A DNA stretch of 64,000 bases from Candidatus Cloacimonadales bacterium (GTDB lineage Bacteria > Cloacimonadota > Cloacimonadia > Cloacimonadales > JAFGVF01): contig OY762964.1 of NCBI GenBank assembly GCA_963667035.1, positions 160,001 through 224,000 of the forward strand. Direction: 5' to 3'. This document shows, one piece after another, positions 33,573 through 42,477 of the stretch (position 1 is the stretch's first letter; each line of letters opens with the position of its first letter). A model generated the notes under the pieces. The model was not told the DNA's origin, did no database searches, and was given only the letters and a program-made list of their open reading frames with translations. The position numbers and the translations under genes were made by a program.

Positions 33573-34526
33573 ATGAACTACAAGCATCTTTTTGGACCTG
33601 TCATTTCAAGACGACTGGGTGTATCTTTAGGGATTGATTTAGTCCCGTATAAGGTCTGCTCTCTTAATTGCGTATATTGCGAGGTCGGGGAGACAACTGA
33701 TTTAACCTGTAAGAGATTAGAATATGTACCCTATGATGAGATTATAGAAGAGCTAAATCATTTTATAAGTAATAATCCCAAACTCGACTATGTGACTTTC
33801 TCGGGTTCGGGAGAGCCGACACTCTTTAATAGAATCGGTGAGTTGATTGATTACATCAAATCAAACTATCCTGAATACAAGCTTGCTCTAATCACCAACA
33901 GCGTGCTTCTTACAGATAAAAGCTTATCAAAAGAACTCATTAAGCTTGATTTGATAATGCCATCTTTGGATGCCGTAAGTAAAGAAACTTTTGATATTAT
34001 AAACAGACCTGAAGAGAGCATCAATGTAGATGAAGTTTTAAAATCATTGATTGATTTCAGAAGTAATTTCTCCGGTCAAATCTGGCTTGAAATCTTTTTC
34101 ATTGAAGGCATGAACGATACTGATAGTGAACTCAAACTACTTGCTGATGCTATTAAGCTAATCAAACCGGACAGAGTGCAATTAAACTCTCTGGATAGAC
34201 CCGGTGTTGAGAGTTGGGTTAAGGCTATGTCGCAAGAAAGATTGGAGTATATTAAAGATTATTTCAATCAATATACAAAGGATGATACACTTATTGAGAT
34301 TATCGCCAGAGCCAAGACTAAAGTTGATTATGAAAACTTTAATGCAGACTTGCTCGAACAGATTCTCGGAATGATTAGAAGACGACCTTGTACTTCGCAA
34401 GACCTTTCATTAACATTGAATATCCATATTAATGAAGTTAACAAAGTGATTCATAGTCTGATGTCAAAGGATAAGATAGAGTCTGTTAGAGAAGAACGAG
34501 GAACATTTTATAGAATCAAGGGGTAA
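33573..34526 (+). CDS. Radical SAM protein with C-terminal winged helix
   Basis: FGPVISRRLGVSLGID, CSLNCVYC, TFSGSGEPTL. Confidence 0.88.
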   Translation: MNYKHLFGPVISRRLGVSLGIDLVPYKVCSLNCVYCEVGETTDLTCKRLEYVPYDEIIEELNHFISNNPKLDYVTFSGSGEPTLFNRIGELIDYIKSNYPEYKLALITNSVLLTDKSLSKELIKLDLIMPSLDAVSKETFDIINRPEESINVDEVLKSLIDFRSNFSGQIWLEIFFIEGMNDTDSELKLLADAIKLIKPDRVQLNSLDRPGVESWVKAMSQERLEYIKDYFNQYTKDDTLIEIIARAKTKVDYENFNADLLEQILGMIRRRPCTSQDLSLTLNIHINEVNKVIHSLMSKDKIESVREERGTFYRIKG

Positions 34527-34530
34527 TTAT

Positions 34531-35223
34531 TTGTTTAATACGGTAGTAATTACGGCAGGTGGTTCCGGAAAGAGATTGCCCGGTACGGTAAAGAAGCAGT
34601 ATAGGGAACTAATCGGAAAACCTGTTTTGTTTCATACAATAGATAAATTTATCAATCATCCGTTAATAAGCCATCTTGTCATAACATTGCCTTCTGATGA
34701 CATTGACGTTATGGGGGACATGATTAGAGAGCGTTACAACTCAACATATATTACAATATGTGAAGGAGGGGTTGAGAGACAGAACTCAATATACAATGCT
34801 CTTCAATCGGTTCCTGATTCAACGGACTTTGTCTTAATTCATGATGGTGTCAGACCTTTCGTTTCCAAGTACCTGATTACAAGTCTGATAAATTATGCTT
34901 ATGCTAATGGAGCGGTAATACCTGCGACAAAAGCTAAATACACCATGAAAGAGATTAGGAATAATTTAGTAGTAAAGACTATTCCCAGAGAATCTCTTGT
35001 GGAAGTACATACTCCACAGATTTTCCCATACAAAGAGCTTATAGCTTTATATGAAAAAGCAATATATTCAGGAGTCACATTTACCGATGATGCTTCAATC
35101 TATGAATATTACAATAAAACCGTGAACGTCATGCTCACGGAAGAATACAATTTAAAAATAACTAATTCTCTTGATTTGGAGGTAGCTGAGTTACTGGTCA
35201 GAGAGAATGAATCGGAGTTATAG
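34531..35223 (+). CDS. ispD: 2-C-methyl-D-erythritol 4-phosphate cytidylyltransferase
   Basis: AGGSGKR...KQY, GG.ERQNSI, LIHDGVRPF, TPQ, TDDAS, NLKITN..DL. Confidence 0.93.
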   Translation: MFNTVVITAGGSGKRLPGTVKKQYRELIGKPVLFHTIDKFINHPLISHLVITLPSDDIDVMGDMIRERYNSTYITICEGGVERQNSIYNALQSVPDSTDFVLIHDGVRPFVSKYLITSLINYAYANGAVIPATKAKYTMKEIRNNLVVKTIPRESLVEVHTPQIFPYKELIALYEKAIYSGVTFTDDASIYEYYNKTVNVMLTEEYNLKITNSLDLEVAELLVRENESEL

Positions 35224-37959
35224 ATGATTAAGAACATACTTAGTAAATTAGCCAATGCTGAGATTAAAATTAAAATACCTATCTTTGGTATTGGCTGTGG
35301 AGTGCTGGGATTAAGTTTGAAGGAGACCACTGTCAAGCTTGGTGAGTATTCAAGCAGATTACTTAGAGCTCTGGAATACAGAGGATATGACTCAACAGGT
35401 GGTGTTTTTCAAGATGAAAAGGGCAATGTAACACTTTTAAAAGATGTAGGAGCTCCCAGTACACTTGTAAAGACTCTTGGAATAGAGAAGCAAAAGGGTA
35501 AGTTGTTTTGTGGACAGGTAAGATGGGCTACATTCGGAGCTGTGGATAAAGTTAATGCACAACCTCATAAAGTACACTGTCGTAGAGATATTTACGGAGC
35601 ACATAACGGAAACATAACCAATACCCGTGAACTAAAAGATTTTCTCTCTAAAGACGGTCATACAGTTCTTTCTGATAACGATGGAGAAATGCTTGTTCAT
35701 GCTATTGAGCATTACTTTGATATTGAGTTGAATAAACTTCCCAAACTTGATCAGGTGAAGAAAGAAAAAAGACTTCAATCCATGCGTATTGCTATCCGGA
35801 GTGCAGCTAAAAAGGCTGTTGGCTCTTATGCTGCCGTTATTGTTGATCCTATGACCGAAACCAGTTGGGCAATAAAATCAGGTTCCAGTTTGTATTTCGG
35901 AGTCGGTGTGATTGATGACAATCCTTTCTCCCTTACTTCTTCAGACCTTACTTCGGTTTTAAGATTCACTAAAGACTTGGTTAATCTCCGTGAAGGTGAA
36001 TTTGTTGAATACACTTCCGGTAAGTATCAAGTTTATGCTCAGAAGGACTTGGTATTCAGACATGTTGAACGTGAAGATGAAGTCTACAAAAGTGGTGAAA
36101 AGATTGAGAAGAAAGTTATTCGCTCTAAACTAAGAGCGGAAGACACAGAACTTCTTCCTCCTTACAAGTACTTCATGGAACAGGAGATTCATGCGGAAGT
36201 AGAATCAACAGGTAAGCTTATAAAGCTGTTTAACGGTGGTTCCAATACAGGTAGAAGAATGTTGGAGTTACTAAAGAAAGAAGGCTTAATAAAGAATATA
36301 ACCAAGATTAGTGAGAAAATACTTAAGCAAACTAAGTTTTCTTTCCAGCAAAAGCTATATGATGAGTTCATTAACTCTGAAGACTCAGAAAAGCTTATGG
36401 TAAAGATTGAGGATAAATATTCACCGATTTATAATGAGCTTGTTAAAGAGAACTTTGTTGAGAAGTATTTCTTCTCAAATGAAAAGAACTTGTTTATAGA
36501 GCTTGCAGGAGAAGAATTTGATAAGAAGAGACTTCTTTTCTCAAAAGCACTTGATTCAATCAATGAAGTGGAAGATGTTAATGAGTTTGATAAGAAAGTA
36601 GAGACATTTATGTCTTTGTTGAAAGATACACTGAAAAAGAAAGGTGTTGTATATTCAATAGCCTGTGGTACTTCATATCATGCTACAAAAATAGGAGCTC
36701 ATTTCTTTAATGAGATTGCAGGATTCGAAATAATCCCGATTCTTCCCGGTGATTTTAGGGGTGAATACTCACACAGTATCAGGAACGGAGATTTAATTGT
36801 AGGTGTTTCTCAGAGCGGAGAAACTAAAGACCTTATTGATATTTATAATGATATTATTGATTCACAATTGGAAGTAACAAGAGCTGTTCTTGTAAATAAT
36901 GTAAATTCAACATTAGGTCAGGAAAAGAGCGATGTTGCCATCCCGATTTTCTGTGGTCCCGAGATTGCTGTACCTGCAACAAAGAGTTTTATAAATCAGA
37001 TTACTATCTTCTTCTATCTTGCAATTAAAACTGCCGAGATGAAACTTCAAACAATGAAAGAAGAGAATTGCTGTGAAGAAGAAATCAATAGAATTGAAGC
37101 TAATCTTGAGAGAAACAAAGAGAATCTGAACAAGATCCCGGCTCTTCTTGAAGAAACCATCAAATCAACAGATGATTTGGTAGGTGAATTGGCTAAGAAG
37201 ATTTACCTTGAACCTTCTCTCCATATTCTTGCCACAAAGATTAGCGGAGTAGCAATGGAAGGTGCTTTGAAAATACGTGAAACGGTTCTTAATCATGCAG
37301 AAGGGAGAGAAGCATCTGAATTCAAGCATGGTCCTAACACTATTCTCGGTAAGAATACCGTTTTTGGTATGAAGAATCTCAGGTCTCTTTATAACAATAT
37401 TGTAAGTGTTATTGACGAAGTTGCGGAAGAGTCCATTGAAAGGGGTATAGACCCGAAAGAGATTGGAAAGATAATTCGCGAGCTTCTGAACTATACTTAT
37501 ACTCAGATTATGCCGTTCAATTTATCAAGTAAAGGCACAAAACTATTCAAGGACATGATTGCCAAGAGTATGGATTTCGAGTGTATGTTTAGGAATTATC
37601 CGCTGATTTATGTGACAGGTCCTGACGATAGAGACGTTAATTTAACAATCTCTCAAATTAATACTCATAAGATTCGTGGTGCAAACACTTACGTTATAGC
37701 AGAACAGAATGAAAAGCTGTTCCAAAACTGCTCTCAAGATCCGTTTGACGGTAAGAAATACTATCATTGGATGTACATTCCGCTTCCTAAAACAGATGAT
37801 AATATCATGGTCTGTTTCTCATCATCAATGGTGCTACAGCAGTTAGCTCTTAAGATGAGTGTGAGAAAGATGGAATATCTCGATAAGATGAAGATTCAAG
37901 ATCATGGTGTACATCCTGATGTTCCTAAGAACGTATCAAAATCAATCACAGTTGACTAA
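35224..37959 (+). CDS. glmS: Enlarged glutamine-fructose-6-phosphate aminotransferase-like protein (GATase-2 plus SIS domains)
   Basis: CGVLG at residue 25, LEYRGYDS, RWAT.G, HNGNI.N, ACGTSYHA, SQSGET.D, VPATK, EGALK, KHGP, PKNVSKSITVD; 911 aa. Confidence 0.82.
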   Translation: MIKNILSKLANAEIKIKIPIFGIGCGVLGLSLKETTVKLGEYSSRLLRALEYRGYDSTGGVFQDEKGNVTLLKDVGAPSTLVKTLGIEKQKGKLFCGQVRWATFGAVDKVNAQPHKVHCRRDIYGAHNGNITNTRELKDFLSKDGHTVLSDNDGEMLVHAIEHYFDIELNKLPKLDQVKKEKRLQSMRIAIRSAAKKAVGSYAAVIVDPMTETSWAIKSGSSLYFGVGVIDDNPFSLTSSDLTSVLRFTKDLVNLREGEFVEYTSGKYQVYAQKDLVFRHVEREDEVYKSGEKIEKKVIRSKLRAEDTELLPPYKYFMEQEIHAEVESTGKLIKLFNGGSNTGRRMLELLKKEGLIKNITKISEKILKQTKFSFQQKLYDEFINSEDSEKLMVKIEDKYSPIYNELVKENFVEKYFFSNEKNLFIELAGEEFDKKRLLFSKALDSINEVEDVNEFDKKVETFMSLLKDTLKKKGVVYSIACGTSYHATKIGAHFFNEIAGFEIIPILPGDFRGEYSHSIRNGDLIVGVSQSGETKDLIDIYNDIIDSQLEVTRAVLVNNVNSTLGQEKSDVAIPIFCGPEIAVPATKSFINQITIFFYLAIKTAEMKLQTMKEENCCEEEINRIEANLERNKENLNKIPALLEETIKSTDDLVGELAKKIYLEPSLHILATKISGVAMEGALKIRETVLNHAEGREASEFKHGPNTILGKNTVFGMKNLRSLYNNIVSVIDEVAEESIERGIDPKEIGKIIRELLNYTYTQIMPFNLSSKGTKLFKDMIAKSMDFECMFRNYPLIYVTGPDDRDVNLTISQINTHKIRGANTYVIAEQNEKLFQNCSQDPFDGKKYYHWMYIPLPKTDDNIMVCFSSSMVLQQLALKMSVRKMEYLDKMKIQDHGVHPDVPKNVSKSITVD

Positions 37960-37965
37960 TAAATT

Positions 37966-37993
37966 AAGGGCTGTTATCAGCCCTTCCTTTTTT
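37966..37993 (+). terminator. Rho-independent terminator-like hairpin
   Basis: aagggctg-ttat-cagccctt followed by cc and a T-run. Confidence 0.65.
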
Positions 37994-38012
37994 ATTTAAA
38001 TCGGAGGAATAG

Positions 38013-38486
38013 ATGCGGATAGGTCACGGCTACGATGTTCATAGACTTGTTAAAGACAGAAAGCTGATACTCGGAGGAGTCGAGATTGAGCATAATCTGG
38101 GTTTATTAGGGCATTCGGATGCGGATGTGCTACTTCATGCCGTCATGGACTCTATTTTAGGGGCAATGGCAATGGGAGATATCGGTACTCACTTCCCTGA
38201 TACTGATTCTGAATACAAAGGTGCAGACAGTAGAGAACTGTTACGTAAAGTAGCCGCTATTATGTCGGATAAAGGTTATGGAATTGGTAATCTTGATGTA
38301 ACCGTTTGTGCTCAGAAACCAAAGCTCAAACCTTTTATACCTATCATGCGGGAGAATATAGCTAATGATTTGAACACCTCCTTGGAAAATATCTCAATTA
38401 AAGCGACAACAGAAGAAGGACTTGGATTTACCGGTAAAGAAGAGGGAATAAGTGCAACTGCGGTTGTACTACTTGTTACTTTGTAA
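38013..38486 (+). CDS. ispF: 2-C-methyl-D-erythritol 2,4-cyclodiphosphate synthase
   Basis: [38 protein letters not shown]. Confidence 0.97.
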   Translation: MRIGHGYDVHRLVKDRKLILGGVEIEHNLGLLGHSDADVLLHAVMDSILGAMAMGDIGTHFPDTDSEYKGADSRELLRKVAAIMSDKGYGIGNLDVTVCAQKPKLKPFIPIMRENIANDLNTSLENISIKATTEEGLGFTGKEEGISATAVVLLVTL

Positions 38487-38508
38487 ATTAAGTAAATTTA
38501 TTTTCTTT

Positions 38509-38594
38509 TAGCTCTGAAAGAGCGTCTGTTTAATAGCCACATGCCTTGGCATGTGGTGAAGAATCCGATATATTCTAAGCCCTATAGGGGCGTA
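38509..38594. repeat. 86-bp REP-like three-hairpin element, copy 1
   Basis: GCTCT-GAA-AGAGC, CCACATGCC-TT-GGCATGTGG, GCCCT-ATA-GGGGC; direct repeat of 39909-39994. Confidence 0.85.
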
Positions 38595-38629
38595 TGAATA
38601 CAATTAATCTTCACAATTCATATTTTTAT

Positions 38630-38655
38630 TGCAATATTTCTTCCTCTTTCTCGTT
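38630..38655 (+). promoter_or_regulatory. Possible ECF-type autoregulatory promoter
   Basis: TGCAAT-N16-CGTT just upstream of the ECF sigma gene. Confidence 0.3.
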
Positions 38656-38669
38656 ATTATATATGAGGA

Positions 38670-39212
38670 ATGGAAATGAAGAGTAAAATAACAAGATTCT
38701 GGTCAACAAATTACAAAGGCATGACATGTTATGTTCGGGCAAGGATTAAAAACCTTACATATAAGGATGAGGAGGATATTGTCCAAGATGTAATGTTGAG
38801 CTTGCTTAATAAGAATGCTTTCCTTTCACCGATTAGCAATTTCACGGGATATGTATATCAATCCTTGCGAAACAGGTTAATCGATGAGATTAGAAAAGCT
38901 GTCAAGGAGCCGATAAGTCTTAACGGTAGTCTGAGTGATGAGACTTCCGATGAATTCATCTCCTTGTTATCATCAATTGAGGAGTGTGAGCAGAATACCG
39001 GTGAAATCATACACACAGCTTTGGATTTGTTGCCTGATAATCAAAGATATGTCATAATTGAGAATGAGTTAAAAGGGAGAAAGCTCAAAGATATTGCTTT
39101 GGAATCTGGTATATCGCTAAACACTCTTCTTTCCAGAAAAGCACGTGGAATGAAAAACTTAAAGAAAATAATTATTACTATGGAGGAAGACAATGAAGAT
39201 ATTCAATTGTAA
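38670..39212 (+). CDS. ECF RNA polymerase sigma factor
   Basis: EDIVQDVML, YVYQSLRNRLIDE.RK, IALESGISLNTLLSRKARG. Confidence 0.85.
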   Translation: MEMKSKITRFWSTNYKGMTCYVRARIKNLTYKDEEDIVQDVMLSLLNKNAFLSPISNFTGYVYQSLRNRLIDEIRKAVKEPISLNGSLSDETSDEFISLLSSIEECEQNTGEIIHTALDLLPDNQRYVIIENELKGRKLKDIALESGISLNTLLSRKARGMKNLKKIIITMEEDNEDIQL

Positions 39213-39531
39213 TGTTAAAGACGGTAAGATGAATCTTCCAAAGATATTGGGTCTTGTACTTCTGGGAGTCTTTGGTGCCGGTGCAGTAATAACGGGACTC
39301 AGTTTTATAGTTAAAGCTCTATGGAATAATCTTATGCCTGAGATATTCGGATTAAAGAAGATATCACTTATGCAGGCATTGGGACTGACAGTGCTAACAA
39401 AATTGCTTTTTTCGTCAGGTTCTTATTCTCATAGCCATAACAGCTCATCGGGTAAGAAAACCAAATATGTGCGTAAAGAAGTTGAAGTTGAAAAAGAACC
39501 CGAGATAGAGCAAACTCCGGAACCGGCATAA
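39193..39531 (+). CDS. Small membrane protein co-transcribed with ECF sigma
   Basis: LWNNLMPEIFGLKKISLMQALGL..L.KLLF; overlaps the sigma stop. Confidence 0.7.
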   Translation: MKIFNCNVKDGKMNLPKILGLVLLGVFGAGAVITGLSFIVKALWNNLMPEIFGLKKISLMQALGLTVLTKLLFSSGSYSHSHNSSSGKKTKYVRKEVEVEKEPEIEQTPEPA

Positions 39532-39580
39532 TTGCTAAACTAATCATAGAGTCTTTATTTCTTACCGGGTTAAGCATTCA

Positions 39581-39908
39581 TAGCTCCCAAAGAGCGTCTT
39601 GTATACTCTGATAAGATTTCATAGCTCTGAAAGAGCATCTTGTATGCTCGGGTAAGATTTCATAGCTCCCAAAGAGCGTCTTGTATACTAGGGTAAGGTT
39701 TTATAGCTCTGAAAGAGCATCTTGAATACTCAGGTAAGATTTAATAGCTCTAAAAGAGCGTCTTGTATGCTCCGGTAAGATTTAATAGCTCCAAAAGAGC
39801 GTCTTGTATGCTCTGGAAAGGTTTTATAGCTCTGAAAGAGCATCTTGAATACTCCGGTAAGATTTTATAGCTCTAAAAGAGCATCTTGTATGCTCTGGAA
39901 AGGTTTTA
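39581..39908. repeat. Tandem array of eight degenerate 41-bp units, each with a GCTC(T/C)-NAA-AGAGC hairpin
   Basis: Units start at 39581, 39622, 39663, 39704, 39745, 39786, 39827, 39868; the ninth start (39909) runs into the 86-bp element. Confidence 0.95.
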
Positions 39909-39994
39909 TAGCTCTGAAAGAGCGTCTGTTCAATAGCCACATGCCTTGGCATGTGGTACATAGTCCGATATATTCTAAGCCCTAAAGGGGCGTA
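39909..39994. repeat. 86-bp REP-like three-hairpin element, copy 2
   Basis: Near-identical to 38509-38594, exactly 1400 bp downstream. Confidence 0.85.
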
Positions 39995-40035
39995 ACATTA
40001 AAACAAAACCTTAGGGGCATAATAACTATGCCCCT

Positions 40036-41697
40036 CAGACCGTTTACAAACCCAGTTATGAAAATGACTGGGTTTTTACATTGTAAGTTTATTTCTGATT
40101 AGTTGAGTACAATATCAGGATAATGAGATTTAGCTCTATATTCGTCTAAACCAGAGCATATATTAACATAAAAAGCTAATAACATTGATGCCACTTTCCC
40201 TGATATGCCATTGAAAAGGTATTTAACCAGTTTCTTTATGTTTTGAACTACTGATGTCATATATGCTTGTTCTCGAACTCGTTCTATACCTCGATATTTC
40301 GCATACCGATAACCATGAAGTTGCTTTGCATTTGCAAAGCTTCTCTCAATGGTTTCTTTTCGTTTTTTGTATATCTCTTTGCCACAAAAGGTTAACCTGT
40401 TTTTATGGATAATCTCTCTACTGTCTTCCCATACATGACGCATGATAACTTTTTGATGGTTCTTGCTCTCGGTGCATTTGTTAAGCATTGGACAGTTTTT
40501 ACAATAGCTACTCTCGGATGCATATTCATCATAACCGTTACGGTTTGTTGTTCGATATTTAAGCTCTTTCCCTTCTGGACAGATGTATATGTCTCTATCT
40601 GAAATGAACTTAAAATCACGCTTCTTGAAAAGACCTTTTTTACCTCCAAGTCGACGATAACCTATTACTCCCATGATTCCCATATCTACTAATTCTTTGC
40701 ATATATTAGCTGTATCATACCCGGCATCAAGACCTACTGCCAGGACATCAAAACCAAAACGCTCTTGCTGCACTTTTAGCCTATCAATATAGCAAGAACT
40801 GTCATTCACATTGCCGGCGGTAATATGAACATCTGTTATGAAGTTTACTTTAGGATCTACGGTTCTATGATCAAGATAGAAGAAACCTTGTGGTTTCTTG
40901 TCTCGCGTCATGAAACCACTGTCAGGATCTGTTTTACTAGACTTAATCTCTTTAACTTTGGGTGACGAACCGCCTTTAAAGTCATTGTCTTTAGGTGGGA
41001 GTGGCTTCTTACCGTGAGCTTTTCGGTTTTCATCCACTGTTTTATTTAGATCTTCAAGATAACTCTGAGGTGTGGTCTCTACTTTAATTGATTCATATTT
41101 GCCTTTATTAGCATTAGCTTTCAGATGAGTTGAATCGCTATAAAGAACCTTGCCATCTACCAAACCATTCTCGATACCAAGTTTTACAATATCAATGAAA
41201 ATCTCTTCAAAAACAGTGCTATCAGTAAAGCGTCTGCGACGATTCTGGCTGAAGAGAGAATGACTCGGTATTTTATCAGTAAGCCCATACCCTAAGAACC
41301 AGCGATATGCTACATTGACCTGAATCTCTCTGATTAGTTGTCGCTCAGAACGGATACCAAATAGATAACCAATAAAAAGCATTTTGAAGAAAGTTATGGG
41401 ATGCACTGGGGGACGACCGTTGTCGGGGCAATACAAATGAGCAGTTCGGTCCATAATAAAACTAAAATCTATTACCCTGTCAATCTTGCGTAGAATATGA
41501 TCTTCCGGGACAAGATCATCTATTATTACAAATTCCATTTGGGACTGTGTGTCAGAAACTTTTTTAAGCATAACCACCTCTAATTATGATGGTTTAAGTA
41601 TAAACTAAGGGGGTTTTTGTCAATGATTGATGTTCTTATTTTAAGCTAAAAAAAGACAAAGCTATGAAATCTTACTCATAGCTTTGTCAACAGTCTG
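40036..41697 (-). mobile_element. IS1182-family insertion sequence with 23-bp palindromic target duplication
   Basis: IRs CAGACCGTTTACAAA / TTTGTCAACAGTCTG; AGGGGCATAATAACTATGCCCCT at 40013-40035 and 41698-41720; subterminal hairpins 40048-40075 and 41656-41687. Confidence 0.92.
40099..41577 (-). CDS. IS1182-family DDE transposase
   Basis: LVPEDHILRKID, GRPPVHP, GIRSERQL, DSTHLKANAN, SKTDPDSG, LDAGY, RKETIERSFANAKQLHG. Confidence 0.95.
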   Translation of the reverse strand: MVMLKKVSDTQSQMEFVIIDDLVPEDHILRKIDRVIDFSFIMDRTAHLYCPDNGRPPVHPITFFKMLFIGYLFGIRSERQLIREIQVNVAYRWFLGYGLTDKIPSHSLFSQNRRRRFTDSTVFEEIFIDIVKLGIENGLVDGKVLYSDSTHLKANANKGKYESIKVETTPQSYLEDLNKTVDENRKAHGKKPLPPKDNDFKGGSSPKVKEIKSSKTDPDSGFMTRDKKPQGFFYLDHRTVDPKVNFITDVHITAGNVNDSSCYIDRLKVQQERFGFDVLAVGLDAGYDTANICKELVDMGIMGVIGYRRLGGKKGLFKKRDFKFISDRDIYICPEGKELKYRTTNRNGYDEYASESSYCKNCPMLNKCTESKNHQKVIMRHVWEDSREIIHKNRLTFCGKEIYKKRKETIERSFANAKQLHGYRYAKYRGIERVREQAYMTSVVQNIKKLVKYLFNGISGKVASMLLAFYVNICSGLDEYRAKSHYPDIVLN

Positions 41698-41727
41698 AGG
41701 GGCATAATAACTATGCCCCTTTTTTGT

Positions 41728-42180
41728 TTAAACGATACTATGATTAAGATACTGATAATCAGCAACAGATGGCAACAACCCATTCTCAATTGCCGTGGCA
41801 ATCGTAATTACTGGTAAACCCTCCGAAACTACTTGCTGAGGTGTGATTAATCTTAAATCAACACTCGGATTGGAGCGTGCTAATGCATACATCATCCGCA
41901 TAAATATCGAGTATGACTGATAATAACACTCGGGATCCATAAACTCGAGGTTGTAACTTTTTGAATAACTGGATAAATCGTACTTATAGCTTTCGCTGAT
42001 GTTTTGATAAAACATACCAAGATTAGCCGACCTGCTTCCGAAATTAGTGTTATTGACGGTTAATTCGGGATAAACCCATTCTCTCATGGTGACGCAATTG
42101 CAATTCTTTGGAGTGTAGTAAACACTTTTGCCTCTTTTCCCTTTCAGTTTTAGGAAAGGGAAGCTTAAGCTGACTTTCAT
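41728..42180 (-). CDS. Hypothetical protein (150 aa)
   Basis: GGAGG RBS, own promoter-like TTGACA (42377-42372) and downstream terminator hairpin; no recognised family. Confidence 0.7.
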   Translation of the reverse strand: MKVSLSFPFLKLKGKRGKSVYYTPKNCNCVTMREWVYPELTVNNTNFGSRSANLGMFYQNISESYKYDLSSYSKSYNLEFMDPECYYQSYSIFMRMMYALARSNPSVDLRLITPQQVVSEGLPVITIATAIENGLLPSVADYQYLNHSIV

Positions 42181-42315
42181 AGCTTCCTCCCATAGAGGTT
42201 AGTGCAGGAGTTGCACAGTTCGCTCTTTTACAGCAACAAACTCTACGGTATCATCTTCCCAATAAGAGTCATTACAACTCCGATGATTTCCATAGCATGC
42301 TGTCCTAACAGACGG
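42181..42315 (-). promoter_or_regulatory. Structured 5' leader with alternative pairings and a 16-codon uORF (42293-42243)
   Basis: CUAUGG/CCGUAG-closed long hairpin versus CCGUAGAG/CUCUAUGG pairing beside the RBS; uORF MEIIGVVMTLIGKMIP. Confidence 0.45.
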
Positions 42316-42477
42316 GTAAAGATAAAAAAGTGTATCAACTTATAACCTATTAATGAACTGTTAAATATTTATGTCAAAACAAAAAGTTCATAAAGCACAA
42401 GAAAATATTTAATTACGTCAAAATTTCTCTTTCCGGGCTCCTTTTGGTCGTCCGCCAAGCACACTTTTCTAAAAAGT

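Noticed and set aside
39581..39908. 41-bp array as a CRISPR or TIGR-like guide array
   Set aside because: Units are similar along their whole length with only scattered substitutions; no unique spacers and no cas or Nop-domain gene nearby.
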